The translations under genes were made by a program, and so were the position numbers. The notes below the pieces were generated by a model, which was given only the letters and a program-made list of their open reading frames with translations, was not told where the DNA came from and did no database searches. Shown piece after piece: positions 1-9,917 of a stretch of DNA of 64,000 bases (the first letter of the stretch is position 1; every line of letters starts with the position of its first letter). The stretch lies in the IMG/VR virus record IMGVR_UViG_3300049489_000842, positions 1-64,000 of that record; one strand, written 5' to 3'. This stretch comes from a virus.

Positions 1-3000
1 TGTCTGTCGACGCATCGGTTGTAATAGTGATATTTGTACCTGCCACCAATGTTAGTGTATCAGTAGCAGAATCCGCCACCACGTTTGACTGGCCCGACAC
101 TGCTATCGTCGAGAATGTACTTTGATCACCGGTATTAGTTCCTGATAGATTTGATGCCGATATTGCTCCGGTAAATGTCGCTCCATCAAGTTTTGCTAAT
201 TGAACCCACGATCCCCAAACACCGCTTGACATATAACGGATATAAAATCTGTTATTAACAATCTCGTGGTACATCTGGCTTTTAGCGTTTGATGTCCATT
301 GATGGTGATATAGTGTACTTCCGTTAACAGTAGCACCGACAGGGTAATTCGTTGCACCGGCAGATACTTTGTAAATACCTGATACTGTTATCGCATCTAA
401 ATCAGTAGTAATAGTAATTACAGTTATTATCGGTGTCCATTCTGACCAAGTACTTGTTGTTTTATGCCTTATCCAAAGTCGGTTATTCACAATTTCGTGA
501 TACATTTGACTTGCAGCCGTTGAATCCCAATTATTGTGATAAAGTGTACTACCATTCAATGAAGCTGTAACAGGGTAATTAGTTGCACCTGCCCCAATTC
601 TATATACACCGGTTATAGTAATGGTATTTACATCACCAATATATAACCCTTGCGCATACTTATCATAGTCGTGCGTATGTGATGTTATTGCTCCTGTTAA
701 TTTTGCTTCAATAGTAGCTTTTGTTTCATCACCGGTATTTGTACCAGATACTGCATCTAATGCTGTTCTATTTGAATGAGTTATCGCAGTCTTCTCTGCA
801 TCAGTCACATAACGTTTATTCGTACTATCAGCAATATCAGCTGTTGTAGCATCTGCGCCGGCAGTAACTAAACCTTTTGCATCATATGTGATTTTGGTTT
901 TGGTTGCTCCAGTTATCGCGACATTTGCAGCAACAAAATCTAAAGGATCTGTATATGTAGGTGCTCCTGCAGCATCAAAAGATGCTAATCTGATAGAAGC
1001 CTGATTACTTGTATGGTTTGCAGTTATCCATTCTCTATTACTTAACAAGGCATGATCGGATGCTCCACCAGTTGCAAGAATTGCTCCAGATGAGGTGGAT
1101 ACTCTTACATCTATAAATGTAGTGTTTACTAGTTTAAATTTAGCTGTAGTGAATGCACCGGTTGTATTATAATGAAAAGTGAGTCTGTAAAATGGAACTA
1201 CTTCTTGTAGTTCTAGTTTATTAAGCCCAACCAGGTTATTAAATTGAAATGGTGCTTCTCCTAATGCTGTTGTCAATGTACTATTGCTACTTTGACCCTG
1301 CCCTAATATCGCAATAACCGGCTCCGACGTGAAATTAGTGGCTAATAAGTACATTGGGAAATACCTATTGGCGGTCATATTTGTAAATCCACCAGCTGTT
1401 GTGTTATTAAACTGACATACAGCCGCTGCAATAGTAGATGGGGTTATAGCAGCTCCTCCAGATACGCCAAGGAAGTCTGTTGTAGTAAGTCTTCTCCATA
1501 TGTAATTTCCACCTGCCGCCGAACTGATGTAATATATAGGAATCCTCCCTCCTACAACTATTGCATCACCTATTGTAGCACCTGTTACTGATGTTATAGT
1601 AAATGTAGTACCAGTACCTCCAGTAACAACCGTTGCATATCCTCGTAATGTTTGAGTATTACCGTTCATTACTGTAATTGATTGACCAGTAATTAATGTA
1701 CGTGATGACGGAAATACTATTGTTGTGGCATTGGTTCCGACTGCTGCGAGATTTGTAAAACCTAAGAATTGATAAACAAATTTATCCCAATCTGTATCTG
1801 GAGTGGCTGTAGTTGATGTAATAGATAAATCTGAATGAGCTATACCGTTTTTAATATCCTCATCAAAAAAGTAACCACCACTAACTTGTAGTATTGCCCT
1901 GGCTGGTGAGTTGTCTGTATTAGAAGCTAATAAAGTAGAACTTATTCCATTATATGCACTAACTATAAATCCAGATTGATATACTGCACCTTGTGCATGG
2001 TTTCTAGCATGGTTGTAAATATCCCTACCGAATGTATGCTTTTCGTTTCCTACCCAAGCTACAGTGTTTCCTGTTGCTTCAAAATACATATTCCATAACA
2101 AAACATCCGGGTCATTTATTACCCATGGAGTTTTAGTTAAGGCCATTGCCGGGGCATTTTCATCTACCGTGGTTTGATTTATATAAAAGAAATATAAACC
2201 TTCACTAGCGGCTGCTGTCTGTGTGTATGCAGCGATATTAGCAGCTGTTACTATAAACTTTCTGTTGTTTATATAATAACTAAAAGATGTATAACCGCCT
2301 ACAAATTCTATGGATGCCGTAAGATTTCCTGTTGCGTAAGAAGTGGTTAATTTAAATTTCTTCTTTTCTTCAGATGGGATACCTGTACCCATTTTTGCAT
2401 CAAATGCCCTCTCGACATCAGACGATTCCAAATCGTTAGTGTACACACTATCGAATGAAACATCTGTATTTAATTTAGCATAGTTTGTAATATTTTCTGT
2501 AAAATCAAAAAACTTATTTGTATTGTTCCATACTGGAATTAATCCATCCGCATTTAGCGGTGTTCCATTAACATCACTTAAATCTTGTAATTTTGGTACT
2601 ATAGCAGATACAATATTTATCCTTCCATTTGTTCCATGTTTATACTCTACAATACCTACATTAATTATATAGTTAGGAACGGTTGGGAATACTTTTGTAA
2701 GTAATCCATCCAAGCCTACATATACCGGTTTCCCCTCATCGTACGCATTAGTATTTATATCACGAACTACACCCTGAATTGTGACATAACCAAAACCATT
2801 AATTGCTATATCTTGTGTTGCTAATCCGACATAAGCATATGCTGCTGGAGTAGTAATATCTACGGTTGTAAAAGCCGTAAATTGTCCTCCTACTGAATCT
2901 ATCGCTACTGGTTGTCCGTTTACTATTGGTTGGCCGGATGTATTCTTTCCGTATATATGCAGTTCCTGACCATTCTGTAATGTAACTCCATTCTTTAGTC

Positions 3001-4336
3001 TTGTTGAGTATGTAGAGTTTGCTTCATCCCAAAACATAGAACCGATTGGTTCTAAACCAGTTGGAGAGTATGAGTTGTTAAATGTTATGCCAGTGAATAT
3101 AGGAATTCCATTAATTACTGATTGTGGAGTAGTTTGATCAAGGTGTAATGATAGCGGATCTGTTTCAGTAATTGTTACCACTGTAGCATTATTGCCAGCA
3201 TTATCCGTGGCCGCAACAGCGGCTCCTACAAAGTTTAAATTTCCTCTTGCTGTTAGCGGTGTTCCTTCATTTTGTATAGTATGTCCTCCAGATAAAGGGT
3301 TTCCGTTTATAGTTATTGTATCTCCTACTATTTCTACTCCTGTATTTGATGTCTTTACATAATTAGAAGTACTGCCTTTAACTTTATAAAATACAGGATT
3401 GTATCCTGTAAAAGCTTTTATATCGAATCCTGATCCTACTACAGTACTGCTTATACTTCCTGCAGTCTGATTAGTGTAGTATAAATTTAAATCTTGTTTA
3501 GTGGCTGGAGATACAGTTCCAGTACCTCTATATATTACTATACTATATTTCTTCCCGGCCTCTAATACAAGAGGCGATGACAACACAGCATACTTTACTT
3601 CTGTATTAGCAGTTCCTATAATACCAGTCTGTCTAAAGTAAGGAGTGTTTAATAAAGGAGTATTTAAAGCGCCTAAAATTTCCCCATCAGTAAATTCTCT
3701 ATCAAAGACATCAATAACTATATCACTTACATTATTTAATGCAGAAGCTCTAAAATAAATACCTATAGAATCGATAATAGAATACTGATTATTTAAAAAA
3801 GTAGCTGAATGATAGGTTTTGGTTCCTGAAACTGTTTGTGGAGGCAGTGTATCTGGTATATCAGATAAAGTCTCTATTTTGTAATCCGTATTTTGTATAT
3901 GTAACTCAGAAAGATCCGGCTTATTCAGTATTTCAGCCCATCCTGTTACAGCATTCCAATCTGATTTTACATTTTGTAAAACTGCTAATGATGTAAATGT
4001 TGTATCTCCTAAAACATCAAAAGTTGCAACAGATTCTGGATATCCTACATGTTTAGATTGTATCCAACTTAAATTTGATAATAGGGCATGGTCTGATACT
4101 CCATCACTCCCAACTTCTTTCCAATTCAAATTATTTAGTAAACCAGAATCATAAGATTGGTAATTCAGATAATACTTTTTCATCTCGGATACAACAGATA
4201 CCTCCATCATAGGGTATCTCTCCACTAACGGAATAACATTCCTTTCTGCTATATCTAATGCTAAGATTTTAGCATCTACAGGTCTTTGAGAAGACAGATG
4301 AAAATTAGACGATAACCTTATATCTCCGATAGGCAT
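1..4336 (-). CDS. Large tail fibre/receptor-binding protein, >1440 aa, 3'-truncated by window edge (not in the ORF track)
   Basis: ATG at 4336 (MPIGDIRLSSNFHLSSQRPVDAK...). The frame reads open to position 2 (...GTNITITTDASTD). T/G/N-rich fibre composition, GTNTGD repeats, an HTH(D) metal-type motif and two tandem knob-like domains near the window edge. Confidence 0.85.
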   Translation of the reverse strand, partial: MPIGDIRLSSNFHLSSQRPVDAKILALDIAERNVIPLVERYPMMEVSVVSEMKKYYLNYQSYDSGLLNNLNWKEVGSDGVSDHALLSNLSWIQSKHVGYPESVATFDVLGDTTFTSLAVLQNVKSDWNAVTGWAEILNKPDLSELHIQNTDYKIETLSDIPDTLPPQTVSGTKTYHSATFLNNQYSIIDSIGIYFRASALNNVSDIVIDVFDREFTDGEILGALNTPLLNTPYFRQTGIIGTANTEVKYAVLSSPLVLEAGKKYSIVIYRGTGTVSPATKQDLNLYYTNQTAGSISSTVVGSGFDIKAFTGYNPVFYKVKGSTSNYVKTSNTGVEIVGDTITINGNPLSGGHTIQNEGTPLTARGNLNFVGAAVAATDNAGNNATVVTITETDPLSLHLDQTTPQSVINGIPIFTGITFNNSYSPTGLEPIGSMFWDEANSTYSTRLKNGVTLQNGQELHIYGKNTSGQPIVNGQPVAIDSVGGQFTAFTTVDITTPAAYAYVGLATQDIAINGFGYVTIQGVVRDINTNAYDEGKPVYVGLDGLLTKVFPTVPNYIINVGIVEYKHGTNGRINIVSAIVPKLQDLSDVNGTPLNADGLIPVWNNTNKFFDFTENITNYAKLNTDVSFDSVYTNDLESSDVERAFDAKMGTGIPSEEKKKFKLTTSYATGNLTASIEFVGGYTSFSYYINNRKFIVTAANIAAYTQTAAASEGLYFFYINQTTVDENAPAMALTKTPWVINDPDVLLWNMYFEATGNTVAWVGNEKHTFGRDIYNHARNHAQGAVYQSGFIVSAYNGISSTLLASNTDNSPARAILQVSGGYFFDEDIKNGIAHSDLSITSTTATPDTDWDKFVYQFLGFTNLAAVGTNATTIVFPSSRTLITGQSITVMNGNTQTLRGYATVVTGGTGTTFTITSVTGATIGDAIVVGGRIPIYYISSAAGGNYIWRRLTTTDFLGVSGGAAITPSTIAAAVCQFNNTTAGGFTNMTANRYFPMYLLATNFTSEPVIAILGQGQSSNSTLTTALGEAPFQFNNLVGLNKLELQEVVPFYRLTFHYNTTGAFTTAKFKLVNTTFIDVRVSTSSGAILATGGASDHALLSNREWITANHTSNQASIRLASFDAAGAPTYTDPLDFVAANVAITGATKTKITYDAKGLVTAGADATTADIADSTNKRYVTDAEKTAITHSNRTALDAVSGTNTGDETKATIEAKLTGAITSHTHDYDKYAQGLYIGDVNTITITGVYRIGAGATNYPVTASLNGSTLYHNNWDSTAASQMYHEIVNNRLWIRHKTTSTWSEWTPIITVITITTDLDAITVSGIYKVSAGATNYPVGATVNGSTLYHHQWTSNAKSQMYHEIVNNRFYIRYMSSGVWGSWVQLAKLDGATFTGAISASNLSGTNTGDQSTFSTIAVSGQSNVVADSATDTLTLVAGTNITITTDASTD
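199..652 (-). repeat. Tandem duplicated ~75-aa knob-like (pyocin-knob type) domain in the fibre
   Basis: ITGVYRIGAGATNYPV..NGSTLYHNNW...SQMYHEIVNNRLWIR...WSEW versus VSGIYKVSAGATNYPV..NGSTLYHHQW...SQMYHEIVNNRFYIR...WGSW. Nucleotide similarity is visible (ttattaacaatctcgtggtacat vs ttattcacaatttcgtgatacat). Confidence 0.85.
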
Positions 4337-4339
4337 ATC

Positions 4340-4930
4340 TTAATGTTTAAAAGTATTGTTAAAGTTTACTTGAGTTGTAATATGCTGGAATTCGTACACA
4401 AGATAACTAATAGGCACTCCATCTATATCTAAGTTCTCTAATCTGTATGCCCAACCGTTTATTGTCTCAAATCCATTAATATCGAGTATTTTAGATAACA
4501 ACCCATAACTAGCAGGGTATGCTATATAGTACACTTCCATATCCAATGTATAATTATACGTTTTATCGCCTCTGGCTGACATATCCTCAGAAAGAGCTTG
4601 TATCTGTACAGGAGTTAAGCCTGGATCTCCGGAACCATAATAGTATGGGTATGTAACAGGAGGAGGAGGAGTGTTTGGAATTTTATACAAAGCTGTAACA
4701 CCACTCTTTCTTGCCATCTCCACTGCTCGCATATAAATCTCTCTTTTTGTGTTATTACCTAGATAGTCTACTTTAAGTAGAGATAAAAGTAAATCCATGT
4801 AAAGACCGAATCTAAAATCCTGCTTTCCGTAGATATCTAGATTTTTACTTTGCTTTTTAGTAAGGACATCTGTTATGTCGTATTCTTTCGACAGAACATA
4901 GTCTATGTTGAATTCCAGTAAATTACTCAT
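4340..4930 (-). CDS. Virion structural protein (tail/fibre-associated)
   Basis: 196-aa ORF in the tail operon. A Pro linker is followed by a YYYGS...YYIAYPASYG beta domain of the type seen in phage structural proteins. Confidence 0.55.
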   Translation of the reverse strand: MSNLLEFNIDYVLSKEYDITDVLTKKQSKNLDIYGKQDFRFGLYMDLLLSLLKVDYLGNNTKREIYMRAVEMARKSGVTALYKIPNTPPPPVTYPYYYGSGDPGLTPVQIQALSEDMSARGDKTYNYTLDMEVYYIAYPASYGLLSKILDINGFETINGWAYRLENLDIDGVPISYLVYEFQHITTQVNFNNTFKH

Positions 4931-4940
4931 AGTAACTTAT

Positions 4941-5624
4941 TTAAGGTAAAAATACATTTGTTATATCATTATTGTAATTACAGTAAGCTTCGGTGGTTAA
5001 TCCCGACCATGTAGTTCCATTTGTTACATTTGGGATAGGTGTTCCATCTCTTAATTTTGTACATGCCCAGTTACCAGCAAGCCAAACCTGTGTACCTATT
5101 TTTACAGTTCTATATATATTTCCATCTATGTCTTCGAGAAATCCAGGATCGGTTGAATCGTCTTTTATTAATCGTATATTGTCTCCAAACTTTTTATTGT
5201 TACCATTAATATAATAATTATCATCCCCAGGTAAAAGCATTATTTCATATCCAGACGTAGTAGGAGATGGAAATTGTGTTGCTGTCCAAAATTTAGCATA
5301 GACTAGCATATTTCTAAATACACCATCTGAAGCATTTCTATCTCCATCAGCTCTTGCTGAAAACCCACTAGTGTTATCAGCAATATTAGGATCATTCCAA
5401 TACGTTAATCCTGCTTCTTTTAATTTACCACCTGAAACACTATTTCCTCCTAATTCAGTACTTAATGCATTAAACTCAGTATTACTAGGTACATGCCATC
5501 CAGCAGGTGCAAATAAAGGGTTACTTGCTGCATACCAATTATATAACCTTCCGTACTTTATATTCGAAACTACAGGTGTAGGAGGTGAACCTCCTAACTG
5601 ATTTTGACCAAAAAACATTCCCAT
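4941..5624 (-). CDS. FISUMP (Fibrobacter succinogenes major paralogous) domain protein, circularly permuted
   Basis: KYGRLYNWYAA, PAGWHVPS, GGKLKE, SGFSA, FWTAT, IRLIKD, and then the normally N-terminal DIDGNIYRTVKIGTQVWLA...DGTPIPNVT...W...AYCNYNND. Confidence 0.85.
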   Translation of the reverse strand: MGMFFGQNQLGGSPPTPVVSNIKYGRLYNWYAASNPLFAPAGWHVPSNTEFNALSTELGGNSVSGGKLKEAGLTYWNDPNIADNTSGFSARADGDRNASDGVFRNMLVYAKFWTATQFPSPTTSGYEIMLLPGDDNYYINGNNKKFGDNIRLIKDDSTDPGFLEDIDGNIYRTVKIGTQVWLAGNWACTKLRDGTPIPNVTNGTTWSGLTTEAYCNYNNDITNVFLP

Positions 5625-6049
5625 TATGATCCTTGATTAGTATATTCAACACCAAAAGTCACAAATAAATTAGTACCATCAAATGTGTATGATAGTATAG
5701 TAATAGCTCCTGCAGTTTCTGCTATAGCAACAACTCCTCCTCCATTATTAACTACGAATGGTGTAGGTGTTATATCTAGTGTCCATGCACCAGTTCCATC
5801 TTGTGTAACAATAACATTACCTTCACAACCAGATTCTAGATTTTTAAAAATAAGTGTTGAATCAGCCTCTAGTAAAAGTTTTGCGTTCTTTGTAAATCTT
5901 GAATCTAGTGTAAATGTATCTTCCTCATTTGGTAAGTCCGAATAAGCTATATCAAAAATATTTTTAATGGATAGTTCTTTTGTCTCTCCATTAGGTAAAG
6001 TAACATCTACCTTTTCAGTACCATTCGGTACAATTCTCATATCTTCCAT
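5624..6049 (-). CDS. Small structural/fibre-associated beta protein
   Basis: 141 aa with a VTQDGTGAWTL...ILSYTFDGTN motif typical of phage fibre accessory domains. Its stop overlaps the next start. Confidence 0.55.
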   Translation of the reverse strand: MEDMRIVPNGTEKVDVTLPNGETKELSIKNIFDIAYSDLPNEEDTFTLDSRFTKNAKLLLEADSTLIFKNLESGCEGNVIVTQDGTGAWTLDITPTPFVVNNGGGVVAIAETAGAITILSYTFDGTNLFVTFGVEYTNQGS

Positions 6050-6064
6050 ATTTATAGTTTTTTT

Positions 6065-6640
6065 TTAATATTTAACAACATAAACACCGCCAATAATCCA
6101 ACATCCAGATCCTTCTCCACAAGGAGATACATCTATATTTAAAAAGTCATCTCCAGAGTTTTCTACTACAGCCTCAACCTTATCCCATGCTCCTAGAGCC
6201 TGTTCTGTTTGACCGGCAGTAACATAGGTAATAGCTGCTTTAATGTATAAATGAAGCATGAATAGCTCATTCATTTTCTTTTCATCATCAAGGGCAAGTG
6301 TTTTATTTGCCAAGCAAATCATAGCGTAGTACGCATTTATTAATGTCTTTCCAGTAATAAAGTCTGGTCCTTCATCTGTTTCTACAACTATTGTAAATGG
6401 GCCATCAAACACATCTTTATTGTATACAGCTGCTATTTCTGGAGTGTTAACAGAAAACTGGTATTCATAAGAAGGATTAGATGGTTGAATGTAGGCATCT
6501 AAAATAACCGGGTTTTCATTCAAGTAAGCGTCCCCTATGTAAAGGTATAACTTAGTAATTTGGTTGGCTACAGGTACTGTAATTTTTGCGTACATTGTAG
6601 TAAAATCTGCTGATAGGTAATATTCTTCTATTATAGTCAT
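6065..6640 (-). CDS. Putative tail hub/structural protein
   Basis: 191 aa, located immediately after the auxiliary capsid gene as in crAss-like gene order (inference from synteny). Confidence 0.45.
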   Translation of the reverse strand: MTIIEEYYLSADFTTMYAKITVPVANQITKLYLYIGDAYLNENPVILDAYIQPSNPSYEYQFSVNTPEIAAVYNKDVFDGPFTIVVETDEGPDFITGKTLINAYYAMICLANKTLALDDEKKMNELFMLHLYIKAAITYVTAGQTEQALGAWDKVEAVVENSGDDFLNIDVSPCGEGSGCWIIGGVYVVKY

Positions 6641-6684
6641 GTGTATAATTTTTCGTTAAAGATACGAATAAAGATATAATAAAG

Positions 6685-6715
6685 AAAAAAGCCTGCCCGG
6701 ATAGGACAGGCTTTT
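6685..6715 (-). terminator. Intrinsic terminator after the auxiliary capsid gene
   Basis: Minus strand AAAAGCCTGTCC-TATCC-GGGCAGGC-TTTTTT. Confidence 0.8.
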
Positions 6716-6733
6716 ATTTGTCAAAAGCTGAAA

Positions 6734-7582
6734 TTAAACAGCAGGAGCAGCTCCAGCAGTATTGAAAGCAAGCAGTATGTCTACGTTTGCTAAAACGTGT
6801 CCATTAGCTGTTTCGATTTCTGAAAGCTCATTAATTACTTGTGTCTTGTAATTTTTAGACGCAGAAGAAAGAGCTTTAGGTTCGAAGTTATTTCTCCAAC
6901 CATTGTAACGATATGGATCCTGGTTTCCGAAAGCAAACAGTTCTCTTGCGTGAACAAATTTACCTAAACCAACACCATTTGTACCAGCTACAGTTACAGT
7001 ACCGGCTTTTACATCCACTGCAGGGCCAGAAACAAGACCTGTGTTAAAACGAACAAATCTTCCATCTTTTTTGTGAGGCACATAATCTTGAGCAACACCT
7101 GTAATGGTGATAACACCTAAAGCTGAGGTAGCAGTAATAACTGTATTACCTTCTCTTGCTAAAGAGGCATTTAACGACTTAGTCAAAGCAGTAGCAATAG
7201 TTGTAACAGTGTCGCCTGTAATAGCTTTGTAAATACCTTTTTGAACAAAGACACCGGTTTGACCCTTAATCTTTTGCTCTACATCTAAGATGTATACAGT
7301 ACCTACTTCTACTGTAGTGATTGTAACTGTCTCAACATGAGCTACAGCAGGTACATAAGCACCTAAAGTCCATGCTACAAACTTTTTAATGTATGAAGAT
7401 TCGATGATATTATTAGCATCGATACGCAGTACATACCTACCTTCATCACCAGCAATACCTGCAGTATTGTCTTTTTTGAAGAATCCTAATTCACCATTAG
7501 GCAATGCAGCTACGTTAGCAGCATTTGATTGTGCATTAAGATCGCTTACAAGTACTTGAACTACATTTTTTTGAGAACTCAT
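6734..7582 (-). CDS. Putative auxiliary (decoration) capsid protein
   Basis: 282 aa, A/T/V/G-rich, high-expression codon style, followed by a terminator. Its position after two ring proteins matches crAss-like order. Confidence 0.6.
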   Translation of the reverse strand: MSSQKNVVQVLVSDLNAQSNAANVAALPNGELGFFKKDNTAGIAGDEGRYVLRIDANNIIESSYIKKFVAWTLGAYVPAVAHVETVTITTVEVGTVYILDVEQKIKGQTGVFVQKGIYKAITGDTVTTIATALTKSLNASLAREGNTVITATSALGVITITGVAQDYVPHKKDGRFVRFNTGLVSGPAVDVKAGTVTVAGTNGVGLGKFVHARELFAFGNQDPYRYNGWRNNFEPKALSSASKNYKTQVINELSEIETANGHVLANVDILLAFNTAGAAPAV

Positions 7583-7618
7583 AATAATTTGTGTTTTAAA
7601 TTAATAACTAAAAACTAA

Positions 7619-8305
7619 TTAAGGTTTTTGGGCCGCAAAAATCTTTGTGTCTTCTACAACAGCTTTAACTGCTATGTTTATTATATCCATAATTTCTGCA
7701 TCTGGAAAAGAAAATGATGTAGTTGCAGAAGATTCTCCATGGATAGATAAACCATCCGGTAAAGTCTCTAGTATTATTGGATTAGCTTTTAAAGCTATAG
7801 TTGCTGTATATTTTGAAAGTGTTGTTCCTACTGGAACATACAACTCTACATTTCTTAATGGTACTGTACTGATGTTAGATGTTTCTTTTAAAACCCTTAC
7901 ACATCCATGTCTGTAGTGTGGTTTTCTGAAAGGATTTTGAAGTGAGTCTATTATTTCTGATAGCCTATCTTCTACAACTTGAAATTCTTTATTATTATAG
8001 ATAGGGTTTGTAGAAGTCAATAATACTTTATCCCTTAAAACTTGTTTAATTTCACTGGCAAATGCGACTGTGTATCCTCCAAAAAATGTTGGGCCATTGA
8101 AAGTACTTATTTCTACAGATTGTACCAGCCTGGCTAATTTGTATGATATAGTTGAACTATCTTCAAATACATCCAGTAAAGCATTATAATAAGTATCCTG
8201 TGCTTCGGTAAGATAAATAGATTTCTCATATTCATCTTTCGATATACCTCCAGAGAAAGCACTAAGCTTTGTGTCGAATATGTCACTGATTGTCTTGAGA
8301 TCCAT
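7619..8305 (-). CDS. Tail ring protein (crAss-like), paralogue 2
   Basis: FD...S.G..YEKSIYLTEAQ and ANPIILETLPDGLSI motifs, shared with the upstream ORF. Confidence 0.7.
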   Translation of the reverse strand: MDLKTISDIFDTKLSAFSGGISKDEYEKSIYLTEAQDTYYNALLDVFEDSSTISYKLARLVQSVEISTFNGPTFFGGYTVAFASEIKQVLRDKVLLTSTNPIYNNKEFQVVEDRLSEIIDSLQNPFRKPHYRHGCVRVLKETSNISTVPLRNVELYVPVGTTLSKYTATIALKANPIILETLPDGLSIHGESSATTSFSFPDAEIMDIINIAVKAVVEDTKIFAAQKP

Positions 8306-8945
8306 TGCTTTGTCCGTATTTATCTAAATAATATTGTTCAGCTAATTGTACTGCTACTTCGAGTATTTTAGGGTGAAGAGAAGGAATTAAATCTGTGTTT
8401 TGATCGATAACAACCCCTCTTACACTTAATCCTGTACCTGTCAAATCCTCCAAAACTATCGGAGCCGGAAGAACCATATATCTAATTAAATATTTAGATA
8501 TTGTTACTCCAGATCTACCTATAATTTCTACAGTAGATGTGGTTGCTGCAGATGACTCTATTCTCCATGCAGTTCTCCTTTTAGGGTATCTATAAGGCCT
8601 ACTTCTTAATAAGGAATATTCTTGAAAAGATATAGGTGTAATAGAATGTCTTTGTGCTGTGTTGTCTTCTACTTCTTCGTTTAATGTTAAAGCTAAACTA
8701 GCTGGTAACGCAAATATAACAGAATTAGGGTTTAACTTATCTACTGAAACTGTAGGCACTATACTGTCAACCTTTATAAGGTTGGCTACCAAATCTGGAG
8801 AAGATTTCAATACTTGATAAGCTACAGCTTCAGCTGCCTGAGTAAGTATAACAGATTTTTCATAAGGGATAAGCCCTGGAGCTCCTCCCTTAGAAATATT
8901 CTGATAAATTATATCAAACTCATTATGGAATTCTGTAAGATTCAT
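8283..8945 (-). CDS. Tail ring protein (crAss-like), paralogue 1
   Basis: MNLTEFHNEFDIIYQNI...APGL.PYEKSVILTQA, PAPIVLEDL and LHPKILEVAV, characteristic of crAss ring proteins. Confidence 0.75.
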   Translation of the reverse strand: MNLTEFHNEFDIIYQNISKGGAPGLIPYEKSVILTQAAEAVAYQVLKSSPDLVANLIKVDSIVPTVSVDKLNPNSVIFALPASLALTLNEEVEDNTAQRHSITPISFQEYSLLRSRPYRYPKRRTAWRIESSAATTSTVEIIGRSGVTISKYLIRYMVLPAPIVLEDLTGTGLSVRGVVIDQNTDLIPSLHPKILEVAVQLAEQYYLDKYGQSNGSQDNQ

Positions 8946-8947
8946 TA

Positions 8948-9841
8948 CTATCCTATTTTAGCTTCTATTCTTTGTCTTAACGATGCATTAGCCGGGTTTG
9001 ATAAAAACTTGATTGCTGATGCCAATGAAGGACTTTCGTTTTCTTCACATAAAGTAATCCCATCTTCTAATGAGAAACTTCCATGGACATCTTTTATAAC
9101 TCCAGATAACACTCCTCTGGCTACCAAACTCCTTATTTTATAATCTTTAGTTGTGTAAATATTCACAACTTCTTCCGGCTCATTTTCTACCATTTGCCCT
9201 AACCTACTAATCAACCAAGTGATAGGTGTATCTGCTGCAACTCTGGTTCCTTTTAAATATAAGAACTCTCGTATATGTTGAGGGTTCAATTCAAGCTTTT
9301 CAGCTATCTTATAAGCCTCTTTCTTCACGTTGTATTTAACAACTTCTACATTATCTTCTTCACCCTGGCGAACCATAACAAAGTAATAAGTTGCTTTGTC
9401 ATTTAATTTTAAATCTGCTAAGCTAGGACTTACAGTGTTAGTGTAGGTAAGGAGTATTTTGTATCGTATATAATCGATTGGGTCAAATAACCTCAAATTC
9501 ATTCCTTCTTTTGGAACTGAAAATTCGAACTTATCCCAGAAGTTATTCTGGTCTTTATATAACCCAAGTCCCCCTTTATCATAACCAAGCATTTCCTCTA
9601 AGAACTTTTGCTCTTCAGCATCTAAAACCGGTATGTATTTAAAAGTTTCTTTAGACTTTTTAGGTACAAAATGTTTCGCTGTACCTTCAAGCATTCCTCC
9701 GAAAGCCACATGCTTTACATCTGAAATTGCTCCTCTTTGTTTTTTAATGAACTGAATTTTTACTGTTTCATACGGTAAGGAAAATTCTTCTTTTTCCTTT
9801 ACCTCTACTTCTGATGATTTCACTCCTGCCTTTGTTGTCAT
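8948..9841 (-). CDS. Conserved crAss-like protein downstream of the major capsid gene
   Basis: 297 aa with NNFW, L.L.DPIDYI.YK.L and AI.FL.NP.N motifs; conserved position. Confidence 0.6.
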   Translation of the reverse strand: MTTKAGVKSSEVEVKEKEEFSLPYETVKIQFIKKQRGAISDVKHVAFGGMLEGTAKHFVPKKSKETFKYIPVLDAEEQKFLEEMLGYDKGGLGLYKDQNNFWDKFEFSVPKEGMNLRLFDPIDYIRYKILLTYTNTVSPSLADLKLNDKATYYFVMVRQGEEDNVEVVKYNVKKEAYKIAEKLELNPQHIREFLYLKGTRVAADTPITWLISRLGQMVENEPEEVVNIYTTKDYKIRSLVARGVLSGVIKDVHGSFSLEDGITLCEENESPSLASAIKFLSNPANASLRQRIEAKIG

Positions 9842-9867
9842 AGTTTATAAAAATTAAAGTTTGTATT

Positions 9868-9898
9868 AAAAAAGTAAAGGTATAAAAACCTTTACTTT
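9868..9898 (-). terminator. Hairpin/terminator after the major capsid gene
   Basis: Inverted repeat AAAGTAAAGGT-n6-ACCTTTACTTT, with a T-run on the minus strand. Confidence 0.55.
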
Positions 9899-9917
9899 AA
9901 TTATACTTTAAACTTAA

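Noticed and set aside
199-652. DGR template/variable repeat pair
   Set aside because: Both copies are in frame in one ORF, differences are not confined to adenines, and no reverse transcriptase is in the window; it is a domain duplication.
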